Below are positions 35,005-47,300 of a stretch of DNA of 50,444 nucleotides, piece by piece. The DNA comes from Chiloscyllium plagiosum (taxonomy: Eukaryota): positions 12,570,121 to 12,620,564 of the forward strand of contig NC_057718.1 in the NCBI RefSeq assembly GCF_004010195.1. Reading direction: 5' to 3'. The position numbers and the translations under genes were made by a program. Below the pieces are notes generated by a model. The model saw nothing but the letters and a program-made list of their open reading frames with translations. It made no database searches and was not told where the DNA came from. The number at the start of each line of letters is the position of its first letter. Within the stretch, counting starts at the first letter, position 1.

Positions 35005-36700
35005 ATATGAGCTAGAAGAGGGCATGAAAAAGCTATAGCAGGTAAGATTCAGGAAAACCCTACACTTCAAGTGAGGAACAAGAGGATGGCCAGAATGAGA
35101 GTAGGGCCAACCAGAGATCATGGAGGGGACTTGTGCCTGGAGTCAGAGGAGGCAGGCCGAAGAGCCTGTTTCCACACTGTAGGGAATCTAATCTAATCTA
35201 ATCTAGCAAATCCTATGTCTGCAAAGGGCAAATTATTGGAGAGGATTCTGAGAGACAGGATTTATGATTACTTAGAAAACCATAGTCTGATTAGAGATAG
35301 TCAGCATGGCTTTATGAGGGGCAGGAAATGCCTCACAAGCCTTATTGAAAACTTCTGTGATTTACATATTAATGAACCGAAACCTGCAACCCATTCTAAA
35401 AGATGAAAGACTTAACAGCAATCTAGGTTTGTTCAATATATTATTTCAGTTGCATGACACTGTAATTTTTTGCTATAAATTCTGTGACCTGAGTAGCTGT
35501 CCAAAAGCTAGTGCTTCCAAATAAACCTGTTGGACTATAATCTGGTGTTGTGTGATTTTAAACGTTGTCACCCCAGTCCGACACCGGTTTCTCTACATCT
35601 TGGATGAGAAAGTAGAAGGATGAGTTAGTAAGATTGCCGATGACACAGAGGTTGGTGGAGTGGTGGATATGTGGAGGGCTGTTTTAGGTTGCATCAGGAC
35701 ATTGACAGGATGCAGAACTGGGCTGTTATTTGGCAGATGGTGTTTAACCTGGAAAATTGTGAAGTAATTCATTTTGGAAGGTCGAATTTGAATGCAGGTT
35801 ATAGGGTTAAAGGCAGGATTCTTGGCAATGTGGAGGTACAGAGGGATCTTAGGGTCCATATCCATCGATCCCTCAAAGTTGCCATCCAAATTGATAGGGT
35901 TGTTAAGAAGGAGTATGGTGTGTTTGCTTTCATTAGCAAGGGGATTGATTTTAAGGGCTGTGATTTTATGCTGCAGCTCTATAAACCCTGGTTAGACCAC
36001 ACTTGGAATATTGTGTTCAGTTCTGTTCGCTTCATTATAGGAAGGTTGTGGAAACTTTAGAGAGGATGCAGATGAGATTTACCAGGATGCTGCCTGGACC
36101 GGAGGACATGTCTAATGAAGAAAGGTTGAGGGAGCTAAGGCTTTTCTCACTGGTGCGTAGAAGGGTGAGAAGCAACTTGATAGAGATGTCCAAGATAATG
36201 TGAGGCATAGATAGAGTGAATAGTTAGAGATTTTTTCCAAGGGCAGAAATGGCTATCACAAGGGGGCACAATTTTAAGGTGATTGGAGGTAGGTAGAGGG
36301 GAGATGTCAGAGATCGGTTCTTTACACAGAGAGTGGTGGTTGCGTTGAATGCACTGCCAGCAGTGGTAGTAGAGTCAGATACATTAGAGTCAGATATATT
36401 TAAGTAACTCTTGGATAGGCACATACATGATAGTAAAATGAAAGGTATATAGGTTAGTTTGATCTTCGAGTAGGATAAAAGGGCGGTACAACGTCAAGGG
36501 CCGAAAGAGCAGGAAAATTGACATTTTGGGCAAAAGCTAGAAGGGAAATGTCGATTTTCCTGCTCCTTGGATGCTGCCTGACCTGCTGTGCTTTTCCAGC
36601 ACCACTCTAATCTTGACTCTGATCTCCAGCATCTGCAGTCCTCACTTTCACCATCAAGGGCCGAAAGGCCTGTACTGTGCTATATTGTTCTATGTTCTAT
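35005..36700 (+). mobile_element. Fragmented CR1 LINE with nested HE1 tail (about 35155-35205), PLE terminal repeat (about 35352-35593) and inverted PLE repeat (36508-36653)
   Basis: GKLLERILRDRIYDYLE...SQHGFMRG; LHQDIDRMQNWA; EYCVQF; (ttctatg)n tail at about 36690. Confidence 0.9.
36508..36653. mobile_element. Short inverted PLE terminal-repeat insertion
   Basis: Perfect 14-bp TSD TCAAGGGCCGAAAG (36494-36507, 36654-36667); a short minus arm (agcaggaaaattgacattttgggc) followed by a long plus arm. Confidence 0.88.
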
Positions 36701-37049
36701 GAATCACAGGTTCTTGAGTGTAAGCTGTTGTTCACTGGGTGGTACTCACATCTCGTGAGCCAGATTTTTGATGACTGAAGTCCTTCTCCAGATAATTGAT
36801 TATCAAGGCTTCCAGTGCATACTGAGGGAGGACTGCACTTGGGGAAGTACCCTCTTTCAGAGAAAGAGGCCTGGGTTCCTCTCACATGGATGCAAAAAGA
36901 ACCATTACACTACAGTGTTTAAAATACAGCAGACAATATTTATCCTTCCACATTCTGTACATTGTAGGAGTTGGAGTAATGTATTTGGCTACTCAAGCCT
37001 GCTGTGCTACTCAACAAGTTAAAGACTGGTCTTTTACCTCAGCTGAACC

Positions 37050-37900
37050 TTCCTACATTATCCCTATGTCCGTTCATTCTCTTAGCATCCCAAACTTCTT
37101 TTGATCTATGACTTGACTATGCTCAGTAGCTGAGTATTCAAAGTTCTCTGAGGTAGATGATCTTAAAAGATTTACAATCCCTTGAGCAAAGAAATTTCAC
37201 CTCATCTCAGTATTAAATGGACTATCTTCTTATCATAAAACCAACCTTCCCTCTAATTCTTTTTCTGCTGCGTGGATCTCTGAGATCTTTGTGCAGTGGT
37301 GGGTTCCAGAAATAGAAACTTAGAGGGAATGTTGCTTAAGACTGTGGCCCCACAGCCAAGGAAACATCATCCCAGCATTTACCCTGTCTAACCACTTAAG
37401 AGTTTGATATATTTCACTGAGATTAATTCTTATTCTTCTTAATGCTGAATAATATAGGCCTGTTATCCTGAATCATTCAGTCACAGAATTATTATTGTGC
37501 AGAAGACCATTTGGCCCATCGTGTCTGTATGGCTCTCCAAATGAGCATCTTACTAACTGCCTTTCCCAAGCCTATAACATTGCATATTCTTCACTTTCAA
37601 GTAACAGTCTAATTTCCTTTCGAGTGTCTTGATTGAACCTGCCTCCACCCCAAGGCGACACATTCCAGGCCCTACTCACTAGTTGCATGAAAACATTTCT
37701 TTTTCTGAAGTCACTTTTGCCTCTTTTTCAAATTACTTTAAGTCTGTGTCCTCTCATTCTCAAACTTCTCACAGGTCAGAACTTTCTCTCTATCTACTGT
37801 CATAATTTTGAATACCTCCGCCACATCTCCTCTCAAACGTCTCGAAGGAAAACAGGTCCAACGTTTCCAGTTTGCTTTTGTAATTGAAGTACTCATAGGA
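37050..37900 (-). mobile_element. Old CR1 3' fragments
   Basis: Two degenerate CR1 3' UTR-like stretches (about 37050-37470 and 37480-37900). Confidence 0.55.
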
Positions 37901-37974
37901 TAATCCTCACATCCCAGGATTCAGTCAAGTGATATTTTGCTGCATGCCCTTCTAGTAGATGATTTGGTCAGGGT

Positions 37975-38113
37975 ATTAATGTTTGTGGGAGCTTGCTGTG
38001 TGCAAATTGGCTGCCATGTTTGCTACATTACAAAGTGGCTTTACTTCAATTAATGTAAAATGCTTTGAGATGTCTGGTTGGTGAAAAGTACTATATAAAT
38101 GCAAGTCTTTTCT
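37975..38113 (+). mobile_element. DeuSINE 3' part
   Basis: tgtttgtgggagcttgctgtgtgcaaattggctgccatgtttgctacattaca...ctatataaatgcaagtctttt. Confidence 0.85.
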
Positions 38114-38169
38114 TATAGACAAAAGAATGATGCCTTTAAGGGAGGAGGGGAGGTGGGAGAAAATAGGGA

Positions 38170-38445
38170 AGGGAAAGAAAAGAAATGCATTTCCAAAAGC
38201 TGACAGAACATCGTGGGCAGACCATGTCGAGTTCCAACATTCCGACAGCAAGTGGGTGTTTCGTGGCCAAGGTACAAAGGAGTCACTGAAGCTCCTTACA
38301 TCACCATGGAGACCGGGGAAATGCCAGAAACACTTTGACAACCTCAAAAGGAGTGCCAAGCATAAAGGTGGCAAAGAACCAAGAGTAGGCACAGAAAGAA
38401 CCATGGATTGCACAGTGCCATCTTACAGCTGCAGAATAGAGAGTG
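38170..38445 (+). pseudogene. Probable fossil Myb/SANT-like (Harbinger accessory) ORF
   Basis: KKRNAFPKAD...WR..KCQKHFDNLKRSAKHK, then after a 1-nt shift KVAKNQE*AQK...HLTAAE*RV. Confidence 0.45.
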
Positions 38446-38934
38446 GGCCATCTGTAATAAAGATCCTGAGCTGGTGGGGGTGTGGCAAGGAAAAAAGATG
38501 ACAGGTAGTCCCCAGGACGTTGACTGTTCACAGGTTCTACAAGATGTTTTATGTAAAAAAATGCATCTTAAAGCACTTAAACAATTGAACATATTGCTAC
38601 CACATGTAAACATTTCTCCCATTATTTTAAAGTAAGATCAGTGCAGGAAATACTTCACTTATTAAAGAGCAACTGATATGACCCAGAGACACTTCCATCC
38701 CTTTTCAGAATGGATCTTGGCTGGCATACTTTTATACAGCAGGCTGAGTGGTTAAAGTTTGTGAATGAAGTGCCATATATAAAATGTTAACACCAGCTGG
38801 AAACTTGTCCCAGAGGCACAGTAAACTGCAGTGCTCGTCACGCAGCAAATTCAACATAACAGGCAATAAGAAAAATGGCAAGGGATTACCAGAACTTTAC
38901 CTCTCTTTCTTCCTTGAAGATACCTCATAAAGCC

Positions 38935-39065
38935 AACCTCTATGACCTAACTTTGGGACCCCTGAACTAATATATCCTTATATGACTTGGTGTCAGGTTT
39001 TGTTTTATAATACTCCTGTGAAGCAAGTTGGGATGTTTTATAATGTTAGTGTTACAATGTTGATG
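38935..39065 (+). mobile_element. L2-type tail fragment
   Basis: acctctatgacctaactttgg...ctcctgtgaagcaagttgggatgttttataatgtta. Confidence 0.5.
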
Positions 39066-39284
39066 TTTTCTCATCTCCATCCTTGGTGATCCATGTATTT
39101 CTGCCATTAAAGTCAATGGGAGGAGAGCCATAAAGCGCACAAATGGATAACTTTAGGTGCACAGTTCCACTTAAAGCCGTGTTGTGCAACATGATTTATA
39201 TTTGTGCTATATTGTCTATCCTTGTATCCAGCCAAATACACTACCTCAAGAAACAGCCAGTGAAGTCAAGCTTATTGAAGACAT

Positions 39285-39930
39285 AGGTAGACAAGCAGAA
39301 GGCTGGAAGAAAACAGCAAGCCAAGCAGCATCAGGAGGTGGGGAAGTCAATATTTTTGGTGTAGCCCTTCCTCAGGACTGGGAGTGGGTGTAAAGGGAGC
39401 TGCAGATGGGGTGGGGGAGTTGCTGGTGAGGGAGTTGGGGGATGGGAAGCGAGTCAGGAGGGTGGGAAGGGAGGTTAGTGTTGAGTCCTCCAGGCTGTAG
39501 GCTTCCCAGGCAGAAGATGAGGTGTTATTCCTTCAATTTGCGGTCTGATTTGTTGTGGAAATGGAGGAAGCCAAGGATGGTCATGTTAGGAAGGAAGCGG
39601 GAAGGGGAATTAAAATGGGCAGTGACTGAGAGGTCAGGCCGGCCCCTGTGGGCCCAGCTGTGATGCTTGGCGAAACATGCCTGAGTTTACGTTTGATCTC
39701 CCCGATGTAGAGAAGAACACATCGGGAGCACCAGATACAGCAAACTAGGTTGGAAGAGAGGCAGGTGAACCTCTGTCTCACCTAGAAGGACTGTTTTGAG
39801 CCCTGGATGGAGGTGAGGGGGGTGGTGTACCAGTGGGTTTTATATCTTTTATGGTTGCAGGGGAAGGTACCTGAGGCTTCGGGGGGATTGGTGGGGATGG
39901 TGGTGTGAACCAAGGAGTGGCGAAGGATAT
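39285..39930 (-). mobile_element. Penelope-like element 3' part (GIY-YIG endonuclease and terminal repeat)
   Basis: RQRFTCLSSNLVCCIWCSRCVLLYIGEIKRKL is a PLE GIY-YIG signature; terminal repeat with degenerate hammerhead agtc-CTGAGGA...gact (39345-39379). Confidence 0.88.
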
Positions 39931-40194
39931 AGTTGTTTGAAGACATATGCCCAGTTTTCTTTGCACTCCTGTTGCAGGTAGCCTGATAAAATAGTTTTCA
40001 GAGTGTGTGGACCTACATTTGTTTAGCTGAAAAACCAAGGATGCCACTGTCAGTTAACCAGAGTTGTTTCCTATTTGGGTGGAATAACAGGATTCCAGTG
40101 AAAACACAAAATCCAAGACCCAGGGGTAGAAGATCCAGGGACAGAGATTGGGAAGAAGTGAGAGTTATTCCTCTCCTAAACAGTTGGTATGCTG

Positions 40195-40530
40195 TACAGG
40201 GCAATGGGTAATACCCTTTGCCTCTACATCAGAAGATTGTAGATTCAGGTCTCCCTCCAGAAAACTGAATGTAAGATCAAGATTTGCAGTTCTGAAACAG
40301 TGCTGCGTTGTTTTTAAGAAGAGGCCTTAATTAAGGCCCGTTATGCTCCCTCAGATGGGCATAAAACCTCTAATATATTATTTTGAAGAAGACCAGGGCA
40401 GTTCTCCTGAGTGCCTGGTCAATATTTACCCCACAACCAACACTGTAAGCAGATTATCTGTCTATAATCACATATCTGTGGGAGCTGGTTGTGTGCAAAT
40501 GGCTATCTGGTTTGCTATATTAAGCACTGA
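40195..40530 (+). mobile_element. DeuSINE
   Basis: tRNA-like head, then ggcccg...tcagatgg...ttttgaagaagaccagggcagttctcctgagtgcctggtcaatatttaccccacaaccaac...cagattatctg. Confidence 0.8.
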
Positions 40531-40534
40531 CTAA

Positions 40535-40745
40535 GGTCGGTTCCTGATTTGCAAACATCTGATTTACAAATAGGTGTATTTACAAACAATATCCTGTATT
40601 AATATTAAGAATCTGACCTGCAAATGTTTGCTTGTATCTACGAATGGCTTTTTATATTGTACTGTGTTGTCTTCTGACATGTGTACAAATTGACATATGA
40701 ACATACTCAGGAACTGAACCCGTTCTTAACCTGAAGATTGCCTGT
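40535..40745. mobile_element. Degenerate Tigger/pogo-like MITE
   Basis: The right end gaacccgttcttaacctgaagattgcctg resembles a CpG-decayed Tigger-type TIR; internal atttacaaa repeats. Confidence 0.45.
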
Positions 40746-40859
40746 GGGTTAGTGGTGCATTAATGTTGTGTGTTTACTTAGCAAGTAAACGGAGTACGGT
40801 TTGCTCAACATGTGTCTGCAGCAAGAGACGTCTTGCCCATTTTCAACACATAAAATGGA

Positions 40860-41400
40860 ATCGCAAGTGATCTTCCTGGGCTGACCCAGAGCATTACTGT
40901 ATCTGTAAATAAATTAGAGGCAGACTTCAAGTACCCCCATTAAACCCACTTCCTCTTTAATTAAACCAGCTGTTAGTTATTACTGCATTAATCCATTAAT
41001 GGGTGGATAATGGAGCATGATTATGTAAATTCTAATTCTAATGCAATTATACAAATTAGTTACATTGAGTATATATTCAGAATGCACACAGATTACCAAA
41101 TATGGCATCCAAAACAAACCCAGTTAATTAGTTTTTACTTCACTTTATGCTGGGGCAGCAGCTATAGCGCATTGCTTAATCGACACTGCCCTCACAAATA
41201 GAGACTTATGATCTCACTGCACTCAAATACAACCTGGCACCAAACAGCTTGTATTGTAACAGCTGCAGAATGCCACTGTTGGATAAGCTCATTCAGCCAA
41301 ATGTGCAGACAGAAACAGCAGCTCTGTTCTGTACATTTTCCGTTCTCTGCTGGGACTCTTAATGCAGGACTGAGATGGTTTGCATAATACACCAACAACT
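40860..41400. promoter_or_regulatory. Candidate enhancer: TAAT-rich unique island with a perfect CArG box
   Basis: CCAAATATGG 41096-41105; many TAAT/ATTA cores (tttaattaaa, cattaatccattaatg, gttaattag). Confidence 0.4.
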
Positions 41401-41489
41401 TACATTTATATTGTAGAAAGGTGAGAGTGCATTTCATTGTCTGTGCTGCCTGAGTGAGCAGATGACCTAGTGCCATTTTCTTCTCAGTA

Positions 41490-42800
41490 CTCTTAACATT
41501 CTTCCTTTTTAAATAACCATCGAATTCCCTTTCAAATACATCGATTGAACCTGTCTCCACCACACTGTCAGATAGAGCATTCCAGACCCTGACAATGAGC
41601 AGCATGAAGACGTGTTTCCTCATATCACTCTTGCTTCTTTTACTAATTATTTTAAATCTGTGTGCTGTCATTTTTCATCCTTTTATGAATGGGACAATTT
41701 CCCCCATATTTACTCTGTCCAGAGTTCTCATGATTTTGAATATTTCAATCAGATCTCCTCTCAGCCTTTTCTTCTTTAGTTTCTCCCATCTGACTTCACA
41801 TCTGATATTCCTCATCCCTGGAACTATTCTTGTACTTCTCTTTTGCACTCTTTCCAATGCTTTCACATCCTTCTGAAAGTGTGGTGCCTAGAACTGGACA
41901 CAGCAGCCCAGCTGAGGCTGAACTACAGTCTTGTAAAGTTCAACATAACCTCTTTGCTTTTGTACTCTATGCCCCTATTAATACAGCCTAGGATACTGAA
42001 TATTTTATTAATTGCTCTCTCAGCCTGTCCTGTCACCTTTGATTATTTATATACAATAAGGTCCCTCTATGCCTGCACACCGTTTAGAGTTGTATTTTTT
42101 TGATATTGGCTCTCCATGGTTTCCCTAGGAACATGTATCTCTGCATTGAACTTCATCTATCACCTATCCACCTTTTGGCGTTCCATATTATCTTCCTCAC
42201 AGTTTACAATGCATCCAAATTTTGTACCATCCTTAAATTTTGATCCAATGTTCTGCACCCTAAGATTTGGATTATTAATATATATCAGGAAAAGCAAGGC
42301 CTTGGGAAACCCTATTACAAACCTTCCTCCAGCCTAAAAAATACTAATTAACCATTATTCTCAGTTTCCTTTCACTCAGCCAATGTTATATCTGTGTTGC
42401 TACTGTCTCTTTCTATTCCATCAGCCTCTAACTTTGTTCATAAGGCAGTTGTATGACACTGCACTGAATGGTTTCTGGACGTTAATGTACACCATGGCAG
42501 CCGCATTGCCCTGATCAACCTTGTCTGTTGATCAAAGAACTCCAATAAGTTAAACATGATTTTCCCTTAAGAAATCCATATTAGCTGTCCTTAATTAACC
42601 TGTATTTGTCCACGTGACTGTTAATTTTATCCCAAATTAGTTTTCCAACCACCAATGTTAGACTTCTCCTTTTCCACTTAACCTTTTCCTACCGTTTTAC
42701 TATTTATATGCCTGTAGAAGACTTTGGAATTCCTTTTTAAATTAGTTGCTGGTTTCTTTTCATACTTCCTGTTTGCTTCTCTTATTTGCATTTTTTCAAT
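41490..42800 (-). mobile_element. Decayed CR1 LINE
   Basis: KALERVQKRSTRIVPGM...RLRGDLIEIFKIM; VRVWNAL. Confidence 0.85.
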
Positions 42801-43280
42801 TTGGAGATGCCGGTTTTGGGATGTACAAACTTAAAAATCACACAACACCAAGTTATAATCCAACAGGTCTATTTGGAAGCACTAGCTTTCAGAGCGCTGC
42901 TCCTTCATCATGTGGTTGTGGACAATAAGATACAGAATTTATTGCAAAAGTTTACAGTGTGATATAACTGAAATTATATATTGAAAAAGACCTGGATTGT
43001 TTGTTAAGTCTCTCATCCTTTAGAATGACCATGTTAGTTTTAGTTCTTTCATATGTAAATCGCAAAATGTTTTTCAAAGTTACATTCTCAAGTGAACTTC
43101 AACAGTTGGTTTCATGTCGACCCAGATAATGTATTGAAGGTGTGAGCTTCTCTGTGAGACTCTCTGTGCCACATTGGTCAGACTGATTCCAATCTAAAAT
43201 ACAGATTTACGGAATCTTACGTGGATGCATGCAGTTTTTGAGCAAAGTAAAATGTAATTCTGCAAGTACAAATTCACCCC

Positions 43281-43286
<6 letters not shown>

Positions 43287-43317
<31 letters not shown>
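43287..43317 (+). repeat. (GT)n microsatellite, with an inverted (CA)n counterpart at 44359-44385
   Basis: Direct inspection. Confidence 0.95.
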
Positions 43318-43318
<1 letters not shown>

Positions 43319-44385
43319 CCATGGTTATGAGTATTTGTGAGAGACTTGTGTGTTTGTGAGTGTAAAGGGTTTTAAGTCTGCGAGAAGGTGTGTGTGTGGG
43401 AATGTATGTCGGAGCATATGAGAGAGGATCTGTGTGAGTGTGTCCATGTGTGTGTGTGTAGTGCAATAGGATCACCTATAGTGTGACATGAACCCTAGGT
43501 CCCGGTTGAGGCCATCCCCATGGGTACCAAACCTGGCTATCAGCCTCTGCTCGGCCACTTTTCGCTGTTGCCTATTCCGAAGTCCACCTTGGAGGACAGT
43601 CACCCGAAGGTCCGAAGTCGAATGTCCCAGACTGCTGAAATGTTCTCCGACTGGGAGGGAACACTTCTCTCTGCTGATTGTTGTGCGGTGTCCATTCATC
43701 CATTGCTGTAGCCTCTGTTTGGCCTTGCCAATGTACCAGGCCTCAGGGCATCCTTGCCTGCAGCGTATGATTTAGACAATGTTACTTATATGGTGGGAGG
43801 TGTCCCCATGCGTAATGGTGGTATCCGTGTCAACATTCTGACACATCTTGCAGCATCTACCGTGACAACGTTGTATGGTATCATCCTGAGAGCCGGGCAA
43901 TTTGCTACGAACAATGATCTGTTTGAGGTTTGTTGGTTATTTAAAGGTAAGAAGTGGAGGTGTGGGGAAGATCTTCAGTGATCTGGGGCATTCGACCTCA
44001 GAGTTTCGGGTGACCATCCTCCAAGGTGGACTTCAGGACAGACAACAACGAAACACGATTGAGCAGAGGCTGATAGCCAAGTTCGGTACCCATGAGGATG
44101 GTCTCAACCAGGACTTTGGGTTCATGTCATACTACAAGTGATCCCATTGCACTATATGCACAGACACATACTCACGCACGCACCACTCTCCTACAGACAC
44201 ACATACTCACGCAGACCCTCTCTCATATGCTCACACATACATTTGCGCACACATCCTCTCACAGACTTATACCCCTTTACACTCACACACATGCACACAT
44301 TTTTTCACAGACGGTCATAACCCCCAATGTCCCCACATCTTCCCCCCCCCACCCCCGCCACACACACACACACACACACACACAC

Positions 44386-47300
44386 AACATAGAACAATAC
44401 AGCGCAGAACAGGCCCTTCGGCCCTCGATGTTGTGCCAACCTGTGAACCATTCTAAGCTTGTCCCCCTACACTATCCCAAAATCATCCATGTGCTTATCG
44501 AAGGATTATTTTAAATCTCCCTAATGTGGCTGAGTTGACTACATTAGCAGGTAGGGCATTCCACGCCCTTACCACTCACTGTGTAAAGAACCTGCCTCTG
44601 ACATCTGTCTTAAATCTATCACCCCTCAATTTGTAGTTGTGTCCTTTTGTACAAGCTGACGTCATCATCCTAGGAAAAAATGTTTCACTGTCTACCCTAT
44701 CTAGTTCTCTGATCATCTTGTATGTCTCTATCAAATCCCCCCTTAGCCCTCTTCTTTCCAATGAGAACAGACCCAAGTCTCTCAGCCTTTCCTCATAAGA
44801 CCTTCCCTCCAGACCAGGCAACATCCTGGTAAATCTCCTCTGCACCTTTTCCAATGTTTCCTCATCCTTTCTGTAATGGAAGACCAGAACTGTACACAAT
44901 ATTCCAAGTGTGACCGCACCAGCATTTTGTACAGTTGCAGCAGGACATTATGGCTCTGGAACTCAATCCCTCTACCAATGAAACCTAACACACCGTATGC
45001 CTTCTTAACAGCACTATCCACCTGGGTGGCAACTTTCAGGGATCTATGTACATGGACTCCAAGATCCCTCTGCACATCCACACTACCAAGAATCTTTCCA
45101 TTGACCCAGTACTCTGCCTTCCTGTTATTCTTCCCAAAGTGCATCACCTCACATTTAGCTGCATTGAACTCCATTTGCCACCTCTCAGCTCAATTCTGCA
45201 GTTTATCCAAGTCCCCCTGCAACCTGTAACATTCTTCCACCCTGTCCACTACTCTGACTTTAGTGTCGTCTATAAATTTATTAATCCATCCACCTATGCC
45301 TGTGCCTAAGTCATTTATAAAAATGACAAACAGCATTGGTCCCAAAACAGATCTTTGTGGCACACCACTAGTAACCGGAATCCAGGCTGAATATTTTCCA
45401 TCAACCACCATTCGCTGCCTTCTTCCAGAAAGCCAGTTTCTAATCCAAACTGCTAAATTACTCTCAATTCCATGCCTCTGCATTTTCTCCATCTACCTAC
45501 CATGTGGAACCTTATCAAAGGCTTTACTGAAGTCCAAGTATACCACGTCAACTGCCCTACCGTCATCTACATGCTTGGTCACCTTCTCAAAAAACTCAAT
45601 GAGGTTTGTGAGACACAACCTGCCCTTGATGAAACCATGTTGACTATCTGAAATCAAATAGTTGCTTGCGAGAGGATTATAAATCTTATCTCTCATTTGC
45701 TTGCGAGAGGATTATAAATCTTATCTCTCATAATCCTTTCCAAAACCTTTCCTACAACAGCGTAAGGCTCACTGGTCTATAATTACCAGGGTCATCTCTG
45801 CTGCCCTTCTTGAACAAGGGCACAACATTTGCAAATCTCCAGTCCTCAGGTATTAAACCTGTAGACAATGATGACTCAAATATCAAAGCCAAAGGCTCTG
45901 CTATCTCCTCCCTAGCTTCCCAAAGAATCCTCGGATAAATCCCATCCGGCCCAGGGGACTTGTCTACTTTCACTCCTTCTAGAATTGATAACACCTGTTC
46001 ATAACTAACCTCGATCCTTTCTAGTCGAATATCTCGTACCTCATTCTTCTCCTCTAAAATATCCTACTTTTCCTGAGTGAACACAGATGAGAAATATTCA
46101 TTTAACACCTCTCCGATCTCTACAGGGTCCACACTCAACTTCCCACTTCTGTCTTTGACTGGCCCTATTCCGACCCTAATCATCCTTTTATTCCTCATGT
46201 ACCTATAGAAAGCTTTAGGCTTCTCTTTTATTCTATTTACTAAAAACTGCTCATGTCCTCTTTTTGCTCTTCTTAACTCTCTCTTTAAATCCTTCCTAGC
46301 TGATCTGTAACTCTCCATCGCCTCATCTGAACCATCTTGCCTCATCAACACATAAGCCTCCTTCTTCTTCTTAACAAGAGATGCAATTTCTGTAGTAAAC
46401 CACGGTTCCCTGACCTTATCACTTCCTCCCTGCCTGACAGGGACATACGTATCAAGGGCACCCAATATCTGTTCCTTAAACCAGCTGCACATTTCTATTG
46501 TCTTCATCCCCTGCATTTTGCTACCCCATTATATGCATTCTAATTCTTGCCTAATCGCGTTGTAATTGCCCTTGCTCCATCGATAATTCTTGACCTGTGG
46601 CATGGACCTATCCCTTTCCATCGCTAAACTAGACATAACTGAATTATGGTCACTCTCTCTAAAGTGCTCACCTACAACTAAATCAAACACCTGGCCTGGT
46701 TCATTACCAAGCACCAGATCCAGTATGGCTTCCTCTCTTGTCGGCCCTTCGAAATACTGTGTCAGGAAATCCTCCTGTACACATTGGACAAAAACTGATC
46801 CATCCGACGTACTAGAGCCATAACATTTCCAATCAATGTTAGGGAAGTTAAAGTCCTCCATAATGACCACTCTGTTCTTTTCACTCCTACCCATAATAAT
46901 GTTGCTAATCCTCTCTTCAACCTCCCTGGAACTCTGCAGAAGCCAATAAAAGACTCCAAGAAGTGTGACCTCTCCTCTCCTGTTTCTAACCTCAGCCCCA
47001 CCTCAGTAGACGAGTCGTCATCAAAAGTTCTCTCAGCCACCGTTATACTATCCTTGACTAACAATGCCATATCTCCCCCTCTTTTACTGCCTTGCCTGTT
47101 CTTAATGAAAGATCTAAACCCTGGAACCTGCAACATCCATTCCTCACCCTGCTCTATCCATGTTTCCGAAATGGCCACAACATCGAAGTCCCAGGTATCT
47201 ATCCATACTGCAAGCTCACCTACCTTATTTCGGATAGTCCTGGTGTTGAAGTAGACACACTTCAAACCACTTTGCTGTCTGCCAGCACATTCCTGTGACC

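Noticed and set aside
38500..38516. CAGGTAGTCCCCAG, a Tigger-like left TIR that might pair with the end at 40745
   Set aside because: The match is short, there is no TA duplication, and the 2 kb between consists of unrelated repeats.
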